Positions 1 through 14,469 are shown, counted from the first letter of the stretch. The stretch: 63,733 nucleotides of DNA from Octopus bimaculoides (GCF_001194135.2 NC_069004.1:35191879-35255611); one strand, 5' to 3'. Notes: generated by a model from the letters alone, not told the origin. Numbers and translations: made by a program.

Positions 1-640
1 ATATATATATATATATATATATATATACACTTATATATTAGTATGGTTATTAGTATATGTGTTTGTAGCACGTGTAGAGATGTAAGTGTAGGTATATTCA
101 CACAGACAGACAGACAGTCAGATACATACATACACACATACGTACTCACATTTACATATTGTTGTATATGTGTATATGTGTATATGTGAAATTATTTATG
201 TTTAATATATACCGTATAATATGCTCATATGCGTAAATACAGACACATGCACATATATACGCGCGCACACACACACACACCAAAACACAAACACACGCAT
301 ATATACATAGACTAATATACTTATTATGGTTGTCAGTACGTGTGCACAATATAAATACAAAGTACATATATACACATGTATATGTGCGCGTGTATATAAT
401 TATATTTATGTATATACGCATATATAATTCATTATAGATATTTTAGCTCGTTTAGAACCAATACAAATTCGAATTCATTCCTAATTAAGCCTCACGATCC
501 TAATATCTTAATCTAATTAGCATTAATAGTAAAAATACTAATAAATTTAGTATTGTTTTTCTCCATTGTTGGTACTATTGTTTTTGTAGATACTCGCCTT
601 TGCTGTTGTTTATTGAATATCAACGTAGAGCTATGTATAC

Positions 641-687
<47 letters not shown>

Positions 688-842
688 TGCACATATAAAT
701 GTATATGTATGCATGTGTATGTATTCGTTGAGATCTTACAAATGTAGCAAGTCAAATATAACGAAATAAAATCTTGTAAAAATATGCACTTCAGTGTGTG
801 TGTGCGTGTATGTGTGTGGTACAGTGAGTGATCTTTTTCCTT

Positions 843-873
<31 letters not shown>

Positions 874-1224
874 AATATACACTCAAACACTCACCTACTA
901 TCTCACATCTACAAACGTTTGCTTGTAAGTGTGCACAAGCGCCTATTCGTATATCTTATATGCTATGGTGTGTTACAATATTATATATGATATACATTGG
1001 TAAATATATGGACATAGTTCTGATTAACAGTATAAAGTTCTTAAATATCAGCATATTATACATATATGTATGTATATATCTATCTATATATATACATATA
1101 TATGTATATCTATCTATCTATCTATATCTATATATATACACATATATATATATACATATGTATATCTATCTATCTATCTATATATATATATATATATATA
1201 TGTGCATGTATATACATACATGTG

Positions 1225-1322
<98 letters not shown>

Positions 1323-1633
1323 CATAGTAGAGTTGGAAATATTTAGGCAATCTTTATATTTTCATAAGTATAATATGTTCATAAGTAAAACACGCCTTAC
1401 CAACGCGACTCCACAGTAAAATGAAATGTTACATTGAATATGAATTGTGATTAGAGCGTGAGCATAAAATATTCAATAACAAAAGAAGATTCCAAATCGC
1501 ATTTTGAGAAAAATATATTAAAAGTGGAATTTATAAAAAAATTTCTAGACTTTAGTAATTGCTTTCTATCTTAGAAAAAGTTGCACAATTCCAACTAATT
1601 AATTAACAGCTTTCTCCTTTATAAAATAGACCC

Positions 1634-1845
1634 AAGAGACAAGCTGGTAGGACGGATATGATGCCGGACAAAATGCTTAGGAGCAATTCGTCTGTCTTTA
1701 CGTTCTGATTTAAAATTCCGACGAGACTGATATTGCTTTGCCTTTGTTTGGGGGTCGATAAAATACGTCAAGTAGTGGAGTTCGATCTCATCCACTCTCC
1801 CCTTCCCCAACATTTCAGAGTTTGTGCCTATAAGGGAAACAGTTT
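1634..1845 (+). mobile_element. SINE family A (tRNA-like head), diverged copy
   Basis: Aligns by eye with 17597-17809 (gctgg..gccggacaaaatgcttag..gtctttacgttctga..ggggtcgataaaata..tgtgccta). Followed by a TTA/TAG tail. Confidence 0.8.
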
Positions 1846-1994
1846 TTCATTATTATTATTAGTAGTAGGAGTAGTGTTAGTAGTAGTAGTAGTATCATCA
1901 TAAATATTATTATTGTTGTTGCTGTACTTGTAATTGTTGAAATAATCTCAGGATGCATTCCATTATTTTTGCGGATCATCATCATCATTACTGC

Positions 1995-2025
<31 letters not shown>

Positions 2026-2145
2026 GGCGTCTCTATTGAGTTCTTTGCTCTTTCGCCTCTTGTTATTTGCTTCGTATTTATCTTTCTTTTTATTTCCCTC
2101 ATATTTGAACAAATCTTTATTTAATTTACATACTTCATTTACCCA

Positions 2146-2184
<39 letters not shown>

Positions 2185-3564
2185 TACTTTTTTGTTCCTT
2201 CATCTTTGTCTTTTCTTGTCACTCCCCCTCTCTCACTCATTATCCTCTCTCTCTCTCCCGAGACTCGTAATTGTATTCTTGCCAGTCAAACGTTTTGTTT
2301 TTTTTCTTACTCAGAACTCGTCAATTTTCCACGGGTTGCTTCTTCCACATAATTTTATCATTTCAAATAAACAAATAAATAAAATGCTAAATAAACAAAC
2401 AAAAAAATAATAAACAACAGGAAAAGAAAAGAAATTTATTGCTGTAATTACTAAATTAATTATTCTTATTAATGTCATATTTCTTACTTATTTTATTATT
2501 TATATAGTAGCAGCAGCAGTAGTAGTAGTAGTAACAGTACTTTATTATTGATAGTACTATTAGTATTGTTGTTACTATTACTGGTAACATTATCACAATT
2601 ATTATTATTATTATTATTATCACTATTCGTCTTTGCAATGTCTTTCATTCGTCGTCGCACATCTACCACAAATAACTATAGTTATTATTTATATTATTGT
2701 AATCATTAACAGCATTATTTATATTTTCATTTTATCCATATTATTATTATCTTCATTATTATTATTATTATTGCTCATTATATTAGTTTTATCCCTTCCA
2801 CCTCCTCACCGTCAACATCAGCGCAATCTCCATCATCATTGTCAATTTAAGTGATGGTTATATTTGTTTAATCGCTTTCTCCTCCTCCCCCGCCTTCTTT
2901 TTCATTCGAAACGATAATAATAATAATAATAATAATAAATTAAAAACAGCAACAAGTGGATATATATCTATATATGATGAAGTAGAAAAGAAACTGAAAA
3001 ATAAATAGTACTTATCCCATCTGCATTGACTCGGATCGAGTGAAATAATAATAATAATAATAACAACAACAATAATAATAATAATAATAGCAACAACAAC
3101 AACAACATTTATAATAATAATATCAAAAATTGATATTTCATTTTTGTTAATATATATGTATATGTGCATATATAGTGTGTGTGTGTATGTATGTATATGT
3201 GTGTGTGTATGTATGTATATATATGTGTGTGTATGTATGTATGTATGTATGTATATGTGTGTGTATGTATGTATGTATGTATATGTGTGTGTATGTATGT
3301 ATGTATGTATGTATATATATATATATATATATACATACACGTATGTAATATTGAAGTATTGATTTACTGGCTGCATTTCATTGCAAAGTGTATCGAACTC
3401 CGTTGGATGTATTTGCTTGTATCGACTGGGGCCGTGGCCACGCGAACGCATCCGAGCAAAGATTTTCTACCCTTACAGATACACGTATATAAAGTGAGGG
3501 AAAAGAGAAAGAATATCATAATGAGCGTGTATGTGTATGATATATGTATTCTGTTATTCTATAA

Positions 3565-3943
3565 TTCTTGTATTTGTTCCAGTTATCTGACAGCAGCCAT
3601 GCTGGAGCACCGCCTTTAGTTGAAGAAATCGACCCCAGGACTTATTCTTTGCAAACCTAATACTTATTCTATCGACCCACATTGCAGAACCGCCTAGTTG
3701 CGGGGACGTAAACACACCAACATCGGTTGTCAAGCAATGGTAAGGCGACGAACTCAGACACATACACACATACACACACACACACACATGTACGCTTCTT
3801 TCAGTTTGCGTCCACCAAATCGACATGGTTGGCCCGAGGCTATAGTAGAAGATATTTACCCAAGGCGCCACTCAGTGAGACTGAACCCGGAAGCATGTGG
3901 TTGGTAAGCAAGCTTCTCACCACACAGCCGTGCCTGCGCCTAT
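3565..3943 (-). mobile_element. SINE family B, near full length, internal (CA)n
   Basis: Reverse complement of 62506-62912 (ggctgtgtggt..aagcttgct..ccttgggtaaata..ctactatagcctcggg..microsatellite..aaaggcggtgctccagcatggc). Confidence 0.88.
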
Positions 3944-4334
3944 GTGAATATAATTATTACACATATTTATATACAGACATATAAGCATATGTACTTAAAT
4001 ACACGTATATAAGTTTATATATATACATGAATTTAAGTATATATAACTATATGTATAATATATATGTGTGTATATGTGTGTAAATTGAGTTGGACTCCAT
4101 TTAGAGATGGGCTGAAAACAATAATATACCGTTTAAGGTTGAAAAATTCCAAGCCCTGCTCTAACAGCGTGGTGTATGTATGTGTGTACATGTGTGTATA
4201 TGTGCGCACGTATGTTTGAGCGTAAGTGTGTGTATGTGTGTTCGCATGTGTATGTGTGAGTGTGTGAACGTGTGTGTGAATGTGTGAATGTGTGAACGCG
4301 TGTGTGAACATGTATGTGAGCTTAATTATGTCAG

Positions 4335-4660
4335 AGAAGATATGTGGCTCAGTGGTTAGAGTATTCGACTTACTATCAAAGGGTCGTGAGTTCGATACCC
4401 GGCGGCGTAGTTATGACTTTGAGCAAGACATTTTATTTCTAGTTGTTCCAGTTCACCCACCTGGCAAACATGAGTTGTACCTGTAATTTAGTGGCCAACA
4501 TCGTTTTCATACATAGTATGTCACATTGAACCTCCCTGAGAACTATGTGTAAGAATATGCATGTCTGTAGAGTACTCAGCCACTTGCACGTTAATCTTAC
4601 AAGCAGGCTGTTATGTTAATCGGATCAGCTGGAACCGTCGTCGTCGTAAATGACGGAGAT
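4335..4660 (+). mobile_element. SINE family C (tRNA head plus conserved core)
   Basis: A-box tggctcagtggtt and B-box gagttcgatacc, then ttgagcaagacattttatttctagttgttccagttcacc. Shared with 13575-13722, 18385-18625 and 36730-36975. Confidence 0.85.
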
Positions 4661-4818
4661 CCAGTGCATATAATTGTATATATATTGATAAGAAATGGAT
4701 TTTGGCACGAGGGTGAAACGGGCAACGGGAAAAATAAACGACGAAACGTAGAGAATGAAAAAAAGTGTTGACGAGAGAGAGAGAAGACGGGGAAAGAAAA
4801 GAAGGGAGTAAGTAGAAT

Positions 4819-4863
<45 letters not shown>

Positions 4864-5548
4864 GTGAGAAGGGTGAGTGCGGGAAGAAGAGATGTAGAGT
4901 GAGAATGAGAAAAGATGAAGAATGCCAAAAACGTTAAAGATATTACAAATAGAATGGCACTAAAATGAGAGGAAAGAATGTGTGTGTGTGGGAGTATGGT
5001 TGTGTATGAAGAAGTAAAAAAAGTGATGGCGTGCTATAAAGAAAGACAAAAGCAAGAAAGGAGAGAAGGAAGGAAGTGACATGTATGAACATTTCAATTA
5101 AGAAAAAATATATCATTATTATAAGATGTTGCAAACCAATATGGCGCATAATTTTCATATGAATTAATGGAGATGTAATAGCCAGGGAGGAATGGCGTAT
5201 ATGTGCGTATATGTGCATATGTATGGGCGTGGGTACATATATATATATATATATGTATATGTTTAAGCACACACATAGACACTTTCGTATATATGTATGC
5301 ATATATATTTATATTTAACTGTATATATGTATATATATACACACACACACATATACACACATGTATATGCATATATATATATATATATGAACACATACAT
5401 ACACGCACACATATACATATAGATACTTATGTGTTTATGTGGTAGTGGATGTGTCTATCTAGATTTATGCATATGTTCATGTATATATATATATGCATCA
5501 TAATGCAAACATTTATGCGTATGCACATACATACATGCACACACACAC

Positions 5549-5623
<75 letters not shown>

Positions 5624-6449
5624 NNNNNNNNNNNNNNNNNNNNNNNNNNNNNNNNNNNNNNNNNNNNNNNNNNNNNNNNNNNNNNNNNNNNNNNNNNNNN
5701 NNNNNNNNNNNNNNNNNNNNNNNNNNNNNNNNNNNNNNNNNNNNNNNNNNNNNNNNNNNNNNNNNNNNNNNNNNNNNNNNNNNNNNNNNNNNNNNNNNNN
5801 NNNNNNNNNNNNNNNNNNNNNNNNNNNNNNNNNNNNNNNNNNNNNNNNNNNNNNNNNNNNNNNNNNNNNNNNNNNNNNNNNNNNNNNNNNNNNNNNNNNN
5901 NNNNNNNNNNNNNNNNNNNNNNNNNNNNNNNNNNNNNNNNNNTATATATATATATATACATATATATGTATGTATTATTCCACGCGTGCAAGCAAGCATA
6001 TGGGTATAAGAGTAACGAGGTGTAATGGCGGTGTAGAAGGCCGGTGCAAATAAAATTTCGGTTGGGTTTGTTTGCAGACTGAGGAGCTGCCAGTCGCCGC
6101 CATAAGCATAATCTAATATCTTATGTAAACATAATCAAATTAGTGATATGTGGTGGTATGGCGGTCAACATTGGACCCCTTATGTGCGCTGGTGGCTAAA
6201 CTATGGTGGTTATCTCCTCCTATCTTCGTTATTGTCGTTGGTCAACCGGGAAAAATGCGTGAAAGAACGGTAGACAGTCTTTTGAAGTGAGCGATGATAC
6301 ATACATATATACATACACACACATATGTATGTATGTATGTATTCTTATAGGCATGTGTGTTCGCATACGTATGTTTTATATATAAATATACATATATGTG
6401 TGTCCGTATACATATATATAAAAAACACACACATATGTATATATATATA

Positions 6450-6978
6450 TTAGGTTGTCAAGAAATTTCTTGCGGTTTTTAACCTTTAGATTCAGAGGCA
6501 CATATCTCGGCTCAACCAAAACTTTATTAATCGAAATAAGCACCATCAGAATCAACAGACTTTTGCCAACGCGAAACAAGTTTATTTATGCCAGTAGCAT
6601 AAAAATCCTGCGTTCTGGTGGGGATGAAGTGTTTGAAGGCGTGTTTGGTATCGTCTTGGTTTTTGAACCATTTCTCACGCACGAAGTTGTCGAGATACTT
6701 GAAAAAGTGGTAGTCGGTAGGCAAGAGGTCTGGTGAGTATGGCGGACGAGGCAGTGTTTCGTAGCCCAATTCGTTCAACTTCTGCAGGGTCAGATGTGCG
6801 ACGACGTGCGGCCGAGTGTTGTCGTAGAGTAGAATTGGTCCTTTTCTATTGACCAATGTTGGCTATTGTCAGAGTTTCTTATGCATTGCATCCATTTGCT
6901 GATAACACTTCTCCGTTCAATTCATGCAACACCCATTTCTCAGGTATTTTTTGTTTTCCAATCTCTTTCGAGTGGTTG
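6450..6978 (-). mobile_element. Mariner (DD34D-type) transposon remnant, internally deleted, with 3' TIR
   Basis: ORF 6527-6856 reads NRKGPILLYDNTRPH...PPYSPDLLPTDYHFFK...WQKSVDSDGAYFD. Upstream frame reads EKWVLHEL (WVPHEL motif). TIR ttaggttgtcaagaaatttcttgcggtttt starts at 6450, next to (TA)n. The rest runs into a gap. Confidence 0.93.
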
Positions 6979-7761
6979 NNNNNNNNNNNNNNNNNNNNNN
7001 NNNNNNNNNNNNNNNNNNNNNNNNNNNNNNNNNNNNNNNNNNNNNNNNNNNNNNNNNNNNNNNNNNNNNNNNNNNNNNNNNNNNNNNNNNNNNNNNNNNN
7101 NNNNNNNNNNNNNNNNNNNNNNNNNNNNNNNNNNNNNNNNNNNNNNNNNNNNNNNNNNNNNNNNNNNNNNNNNNNNNNNNNNNNNNNNNNNNNNNNNNNN
7201 NNNNNNNNNNNNNNNNNNNNNNNNNNNNNNNNNNNNNNNNNNNNNNNNNNNNNNNNNNNNNNNNNNNNNNNNNNNNNNNNNNNNNNNNNNNNNNNNNNNN
7301 NNNNNNNNNNNNNNNNNNNNNNNNNNNNNNNNNNNNNNNNNNNNNNNNNNNNNNNNNNNNNNNNNNNNNNNNNNNNNNNNNNNNNNNNNNNNNNNNNNNN
7401 NNNNNNNNNNNNNNNNNNNNNNNNNNNNNNNNNNNNNNNNNNNNNNNNNNNNNNNNNNNNNNNNNNNNNNNNNNNNNNNNNNNNNNNNNNNNNNNNNNNN
7501 NNNNNNNNNNNNNNNNNNNNNNNNNNNNNNNNNNNNNNNNNNNNNNNNNNNNNNNNNNNNNNNNNNNNNNNNNNNNNNNNNNNNNNNNNNNNNNNNNNNN
7601 NNNNNNNNNNNNNNNNNNNNNNNNNNNNNNNNNNNNNNNNNNNNNNNNNNNNNNNNNNNNNNNNNNNNNNNNNNNNNNNNNNNNNNNNNNNNNNNNNNNN
7701 NNNNNNNNNNNNNNNNNNNNNNNNNNNNNNNNNNNNNNNNNNNNNNNNNNNNNNNNNNNNN

Positions 7762-7814
<53 letters not shown>

Positions 7815-8394
7815 TTATGCGTGCGCGTGTGTGTACGTAAGTATGTTTATACGTATAAGAATGGAATAAAATAGATAAAAATTATGTATGTATAAAAACG
7901 CATTTGCCAATATATATATATATAAAGTGTATATATACATGCAAATGCGAATATGCATTCGTATATGCGCATATACATTTTTCAACATCGCTTTTCCTCC
8001 GCTCTCAACTAATCGCTCTGCAGTCTAGGAACTTTTTTCTAAGAATTAACTGTGGATCTTCCAGCGTTTTCTACTTAACTCCCTAGCTTCACTTTCTCGT
8101 CTCCTGTTCTTTCTGACTTCACCAAACTACATCCTGTCACAGCTATTTTGGTGCCAATGCCAATATAATTCTCGATTTTATTCTATAAAATCGTCTCGTG
8201 GCGCTGGCTCTACCGGCGACCAGCAGAAACATATTATCGTTTAGATCATCTTGATATTCGTTCATTACACAAAACATCTGTTTTCTGTAATATAGTTAGA
8301 TTCCTAAACTCTGTTTCATGGCAGCGCCGAACTAGTTTATTTATCATAAATTCTTCATCGAACACCGTTGAGATTATTTATTCCTTTACTGCTT

Positions 8395-8540
8395 AAAGAC
8401 AACGGAATGCGGCCATGCTTGAGCACTACCGTGTAAGGGTAGCCCAGTAAATGACCTACAGAATTTATTCAAAGTCGATTACGAGAGCATAAACAAACCA
8501 ACACCAGTTGGCATGTAGTGTAATGCAAACCACAAGGTGC
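8395..8540 (-). mobile_element. SINE family B 3' fragment, diverged
   Basis: gcggccatgcttgagcactacc...aaaccaacaccagttgg matches the reverse complement of the family B 3' half. Confidence 0.6.
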
Positions 8541-8834
8541 AGACATATATATTCACATACGTAGAGAGAGAGAGAGAGGGAGAGAGAGAGAGAGAAAGAG
8601 ACCTATATAGATATGCACTTCTATAAATATCTACTTCGAATGCAAAGTACCTAATCGTGGGATAGAATCCAGAGCCATTATATAGAGAAACGAAACTTTG
8701 AAATCAGGCTGACCCTCATCAACATTGGTCCAGTATTGGTCACACCATACACTGTATTATTTCAGCCGAAAGGATGTAATTAAAGTGTATCTTGGACCAC
8801 AATTACCCAACGTATTTTTCTATTTAACAGCCGA

Positions 8835-8985
8835 CAGGTCGATTTGACTGTTATTATTAGCAGCTCTTCTAACCACGTGATAGAACATCTGTCGGCGTCG
8901 ACGATAACAATTTCAGTCATTCAGTCACTTCAGCTACTTGTTTTAACATGTAAGTGGCTGAATACTCCACAGACAGATGTGGTGA
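8835..8985 (-). mobile_element. SINE family C 3' fragment
   Basis: Reverse complement tgtctgtggagtattcagccacttacatgttaa matches 4563-4595. Confidence 0.65.
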
Positions 8986-9429
8986 TGATGGTAGTATCTT
9001 CGCCCCCCACACAACGTGAGAAAGAGTAGCACGCCCCCGAGTGACCTTTGAGGCTGTAAGGGTTTTCTTTCTGCCTACACTCAATAATATCGAAAGTGGG
9101 GATCGATCTATACAAACCGAACCCATTCTCTAGATATGGATGTTTCACCACTGTGGCTCAGGGGTTAAGACGGCTGCAATTTTACATTGGAATCATTTAC
9201 ACCTAAAGGAATTGCATTACAGAGGTACAAAGCACCACCTATCCGGGAGTTTCCGAAAGGCTATCAAAGAGGGCACCAGTTCAAATGAGGGACACCGCTC
9301 TGTTACTTATTGTCGAGGTTCATTCCCCTATCCTTTTCCTTTAATAAGGCTCTCACGGGACAGTGAGGGTTTGTGCTTGAAGGCCTTTCCATAACATATC
9401 ACTTAACCAATAACTGGGACCTCAGTAGT

Positions 9430-9560
9430 GCTACATCTCCAAGTCAGAGTTTGGCTTGAGCCGACCCGAGGTTATGATAAAGTATATGATGTCACACAGG
9501 GGGATCGAGCCTAACATTTTGCGATTAAAAAACAGACTCCTTAGCTCCATACAGTGCCAA
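9430..9560 (-). mobile_element. SINE family B 5' half, strongly diverged
   Basis: gccgacccgaggttatgataaag...gggggatcgagcc resembles cccgaggctatagtagaag...gggactgaaccc. Confidence 0.45.
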
Positions 9561-10899
9561 CGTGCACTCACCGCGTTGTGGCCACCGTGTAGAATTCTAA
9601 GATTGAAAATTATGGAAATTAGCAGGAATTTGATATCATTTCTTAAATCTTATATTTTTTTTGTCCAAGACAAGAAAATATCAAACATAATCGAACCGAA
9701 ACTTACAACCAGATTCCAAAACCAATATTCTGTTTTATCGATTTGTCATTACCTCTCTGTGAAACATTGCAAATTGAGTGACCGGAGTTATAATCTTGGC
9801 AATCAATGCTAATCGATAAATCAAAGGTGTTGTTTAGATTGGACCCCTGCTGATGGTGGTGGCGGCAGTGGAGATAGTGGAGGTGGAGGTGGGTATGGGG
9901 ATGATGGTGGGGTGGGGCTTGAAGTGGTTGCGGGTGGAGGAGATATTTGAATAGTTCTATTGTTGCCCATCGTGTTTTTGGCATTGGTAGTAGTTGTTTT
10001 GGTGTTATTCTTGTGGTGATGGAAAATGGTGGAGGTGGTGGTGACGGTCATAGTGGTCGTGGAAGTAGTGATAGAGGTGGTGGTGGTGGTGGTGGAGGTA
10101 GNNNNNNNNNNNNNNNNNNNNNNNNNNNNNNNNNNNNNNNNNNNNNNNNNNNNNNNNNNNNNNNNNNNNNNNNNNNNNNNNNNNNNNNNNNNNNNNNNNN
10201 NNNNNNNNNNNNNNNNNNNNNNNNNNNNNNNNNNNNNNNNNNNNNNNNNNNNNNNNNNNNNNNNNNNNNNNNNNNNNNNNNNNNNNNNNNNNNNNNNNNN
10301 NNNNNNNNNNNNNNNNNNNNNNNNNNNNNNNNNNCGGCGGCGGCGGTGAGGTGACGGTTGTGGAGGCGGCGGTGGTGGTGAGTGGGAGGGGGGACCTGAA
10401 AGCTGAAATCCAGCCTGATACCATTCTTAGCAGATTTTGGCCACTAAAAAAAATACTAAGGCTTTGAGACACCGAGCCAGTTTCCCGTCCACCTCAGACC
10501 CCGAAGATGTGGACTTTGGGGCTCTGAATTACCAAGACCTTAAATTAGCATGAATGTAGATGAGTATTCCTCAGACGTGTGTGCCATTAATGTAATTCTT
10601 ATGTAGAATTCTCGTGACTTTAATGGGTGTCAAGACTGGATCCTAGAATGGGAGGCACAGCTCACTCGGCGGGCTTGGGCGCATTTTCTGCCAACCCAGT
10701 TATATTGACAAGTTCTGGGCTGACCCAAGGCTATGGGGACATTTGATCACATCCGAGAAGGCGTGAGAGGGAGAGAGAGAGAGAGAGAGAGAGATGGGCA
10801 GGTTGGAGGAAGGGAGCTGCAGAAGGGAGTAGAGGAAAGAGGGGGGAGGAGAAAGAGGGTGAAGAGGAAGATAAGATGCATGGAACTAGGTTTGTCGAT

Positions 10900-11146
10900 A
10901 AAAAGAGAGCAAAGGTGTTGTCATGGGATCGCGATGCATTTCATTTAGCCATGCTATATCCTCTTGGCAGTAACGCGATCTGCTAAAGTTAGCAGTCGAT
11001 AACAATGCAAAAGAGCCTCTAGAAGGTCGATAAACCTGCTAGAAACAGCAGATAAATCTCATCGAAACAGCATTGTGTGATCTCGGGCTAAAGAGCAACA
11101 CGAAACCCACTCAGGAGAGCAGCGACGCCAAAACAATAACGTAAGT
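10900..11146 (+). other. Candidate non-coding (5'UTR-like) exon ending at a consensus donor AAC|GTAAGT
   Basis: Unique sequence after a GA-rich tract. Donor at 11141-11146, then (CT)n. No ATG-initiated frame runs open into the donor. Confidence 0.25.
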
Positions 11147-11292
11147 CTTTCTGTTGGAACTTTTCTTTGTCCCATTCTCAATTTCCGCCCCTTCTGTAAC
11201 TCTCTCTCTCTGTATCTATGTATATTTCTGTCTACCAATCTATCAACCTGTTTGCCTATCTTTTTATCACTCACTATCGCTCTCTCTATATG

Positions 11293-11331
<39 letters not shown>

Positions 11332-11395
11332 AATTCTATGAATATATTCCATTTAATTATATCTTTCACCCTCTCTTCTTCTCTTCCTCTACGCG

Positions 11396-11427
<32 letters not shown>

Positions 11428-12917
11428 CAAACCCATTCATTATTTTCCCTTATCACAAAATTATTGTTTCACAAAATCTCTTTTCTGTATGATTTATTGA
11501 AATTATCTTCCCATTATTCAGTGAACGAAGACGGTGTATCTGGATTAGTTTCTATCACATTCTCCACGAAATATATGCCTGAACACATATAATATACATA
11601 CNNNNNNNNNNNNNNNNNNNNNNNNNNNNNNNNNNNNNNNNNNNNNNNNNNNNNNNNNNNNNNNNNNNNNNNNNNNNNNNNNNNNNNNNNNNNNNNNNNN
11701 NNNNNNNNNNNNNNNNNNNNNNNNNNNNNNNNNNNNNNNNNNNNNNNNNNNNNNNNNNNNNNNNNNNNNNNNNNNNNNNNNNNNNNNNNNNNNNNNNNNN
11801 NNNNNNNNNNNNNNNNNNNNNNNNNNNNNNNNNNNNNNNNNNNNNNNNNNNNNNNNNNNNNNNNNNNNNNNNNNNNNNNNNNNNNNNNNNNNNNNNNNNN
11901 NNNNNNNNNNNNNNNNNNNNNNNNNNNNNNNNNNNNNNNNNNNNNNNNNNNNNNNNNNNNNNNNNNNNNNNNNNNNNNNNNNNNNNNNNNNNNNNNNNNN
12001 NNNNNNNNNNNNNNNNNNNNNNNNNNNNNNNNNNNNNNNNNNNNNNNNNNNNNNNNNNNNNNNNNNNNNNNNNNNNNNNNNNNNNNNNNNNNNNNNNNNN
12101 NNNNNNNNNNNNNNNNNNNNNNNNNNNNNNNNNNNNNNNNNNNNNNNNNNNNNNNNNNNNNNNNNNNNNNNNNNNNNNNNNNNNNNNNNNNNNNNNNNNN
12201 NNNNNNNNNNNNNNNNNNNNNNNNNNNNNNNNNNNNNNNNNNNNNNNNNNNNNNNNNNNNNNNNNNNNNNNNNNNNNNNNNNNNNNNNNNNNNNNNNNNN
12301 NNNNNNNNNNNNNNNNNNNNNNNNNNNNNNNNNNNNNNNNNNNNNNNNNNNNNNNNNNNNNNNNTATATGTATTTGAAATATGTGTGGGTATATATTTAC
12401 AGAAATATATATGCACTCACATATACATATATACACACGTACACATGTATTTTTATGTGTGTTTGTATATATATATATTTCGATATAGATATAGATGTTT
12501 GTGTGAATGTGTGTGTGCGCTTGATGCAAATGTGTTTATTGTTCCGTGTATGCATATACCGTGCATGAGCGCTGTATATACGAGAGCTGTTCATACATGC
12601 GTGTATATTTGTGTTGAGAAACCCGCAAAACTTAATTATAAACTATACATGGATGCTTAATTAATTGCAAAATACAACCCCAATCCCAGCACACAGAGAT
12701 CGATCATAAATGAAAAATCTGAAAATAATCATGAAGTTAACTGCGAAACAATTTCGAAAACGAGAAATGGCGATTTTTATCAGTAACACTTTTCCCGTGA
12801 TCCTTTCGTGCCTAACACTCAACGCAGTAACGTCACATGACGTTATGGTCAGTTCACGGCGATGAGGCTAAACTGTTCCCATCATATACATATAGACATG
12901 CATTCAGACATACATGC

Positions 12918-12956
<39 letters not shown>

Positions 12957-13263
12957 TATATATACATAAAAACAATATATGAGTATATGCATATATATGT
13001 ACATGTATGTACATACCTGCATCTACATGTACATATAGATACATATCTGGGTACATGACGTTGCAACAGAACATGGACAAAATGATAAACAAGGTACAAC
13101 AAACAAGCAGGCCACATAGAGAACATATCCTTCATCAGCTGCCACCATATATATGAACATATGTGTGTATGTGTTTGTGGGGGAGGGGCGCGTGTGTGTC
13201 ACTGATAGGAAATACACGTATATTTATGTGTGTGTGTCTATATATATATATATGCATGTGTGC

Positions 13264-13321
<58 letters not shown>

Positions 13322-13574
13322 NNNNNNNNNNNNNNNNNNNNNNNNNNNNNNNNNNNNNNNNNNNNNNNNNNNNNNNNNNNNNNNNNNNNNNNNNNNNNNN
13401 NNNNNNNNNNNNNNNNNNNNNNNNNNNNNNNNNNNNNNNNNNNNNNNNNNNNNNNNNNNNNNNNNNNNNNNNNNNNNNNNNNNNNNNNNNNNNNNNNNNN
13501 NNNNNNNNNNNNNNNNNNNNNNNNNNNNNNNNNNNNNNNATATATATATATATATATATATATACAAATACAAG

Positions 13575-13722
13575 GGAGTGCAGCAGGTACCCTTTTTTAC
13601 GGCCTCTCCTCTCTATACCACCGATGTTATCCAAGGGAAAGGCAAAGGGGCCGATACAGCTTAGCACCAGTGACGTCGCAACTCATTTCTACAGCTGAGT
13701 GAACTGGAGCAACGTGAAATAT
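13575..13722 (-). mobile_element. SINE family C core and 3' fragment
   Basis: actcatttctacagctgagtgaactggagcaacgtgaaat is the reverse complement of the core at ~4430-4475. Confidence 0.75.
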
Positions 13723-14432
13723 AAATATGTAATCGAAGACATACACTTACGTGCATAAATTCACATATTCTTGCAAAATACACACATCCATGCTTAAATA
13801 CTCACATAAATGCACACGTGCTAGCACTGCGACATTCAGTGTGACCTTTATGGAATTACTAGTGAGGATGTCTCCACTCGGTACTACCAAACTATGAAAG
13901 ATGCTGTCTCGTAGGATAAAAGATTATATAATGAAATCCGTAGAAAGTATAACCTGAGGGGGGATTAATATAGGAAGCTGGAGCGATGTAGACACATAAT
14001 TCGCTGTTTCCGTGAAATCTTCAATAAAATATAAGCACAACAGACCAGACATAATAATCAGGGATAGAAAATAAATAGGCCGAGCATTTGAAATCAGTTG
14101 CCTAAAAATATGTTAAGAAAATATTAAAGATTAAATGAAAGCGATAAAATCTCTGCCGAACTGTTGAGAAATCTGCCGGTATTCCATCCAGAGACTATCT
14201 TTAGAGTCACTTTTTTTTTTCTTGTACATGACTATCTCACTACCACGCTTGAGAAACTGTGATTCGCAAAATCAGGAGGAACACACCTAATCAGAAGATT
14301 ACTATCACGAACAGTCAAAAGGTACTGTTAAAAGATGTAAAACATTCTTAAAGTTGAGCAGGTAATAAGATCTACATATGTAATGACATCCACCATCCAC
14401 TCCCATGTGCATATGTGCTTATGCATGTGTGC

Positions 14433-14469
<37 letters not shown>

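Noticed and set aside
4335-4410. tRNA gene
   Set aside because: A and B boxes are present, but there is no intact cloverleaf and the sequence continues into a SINE body.
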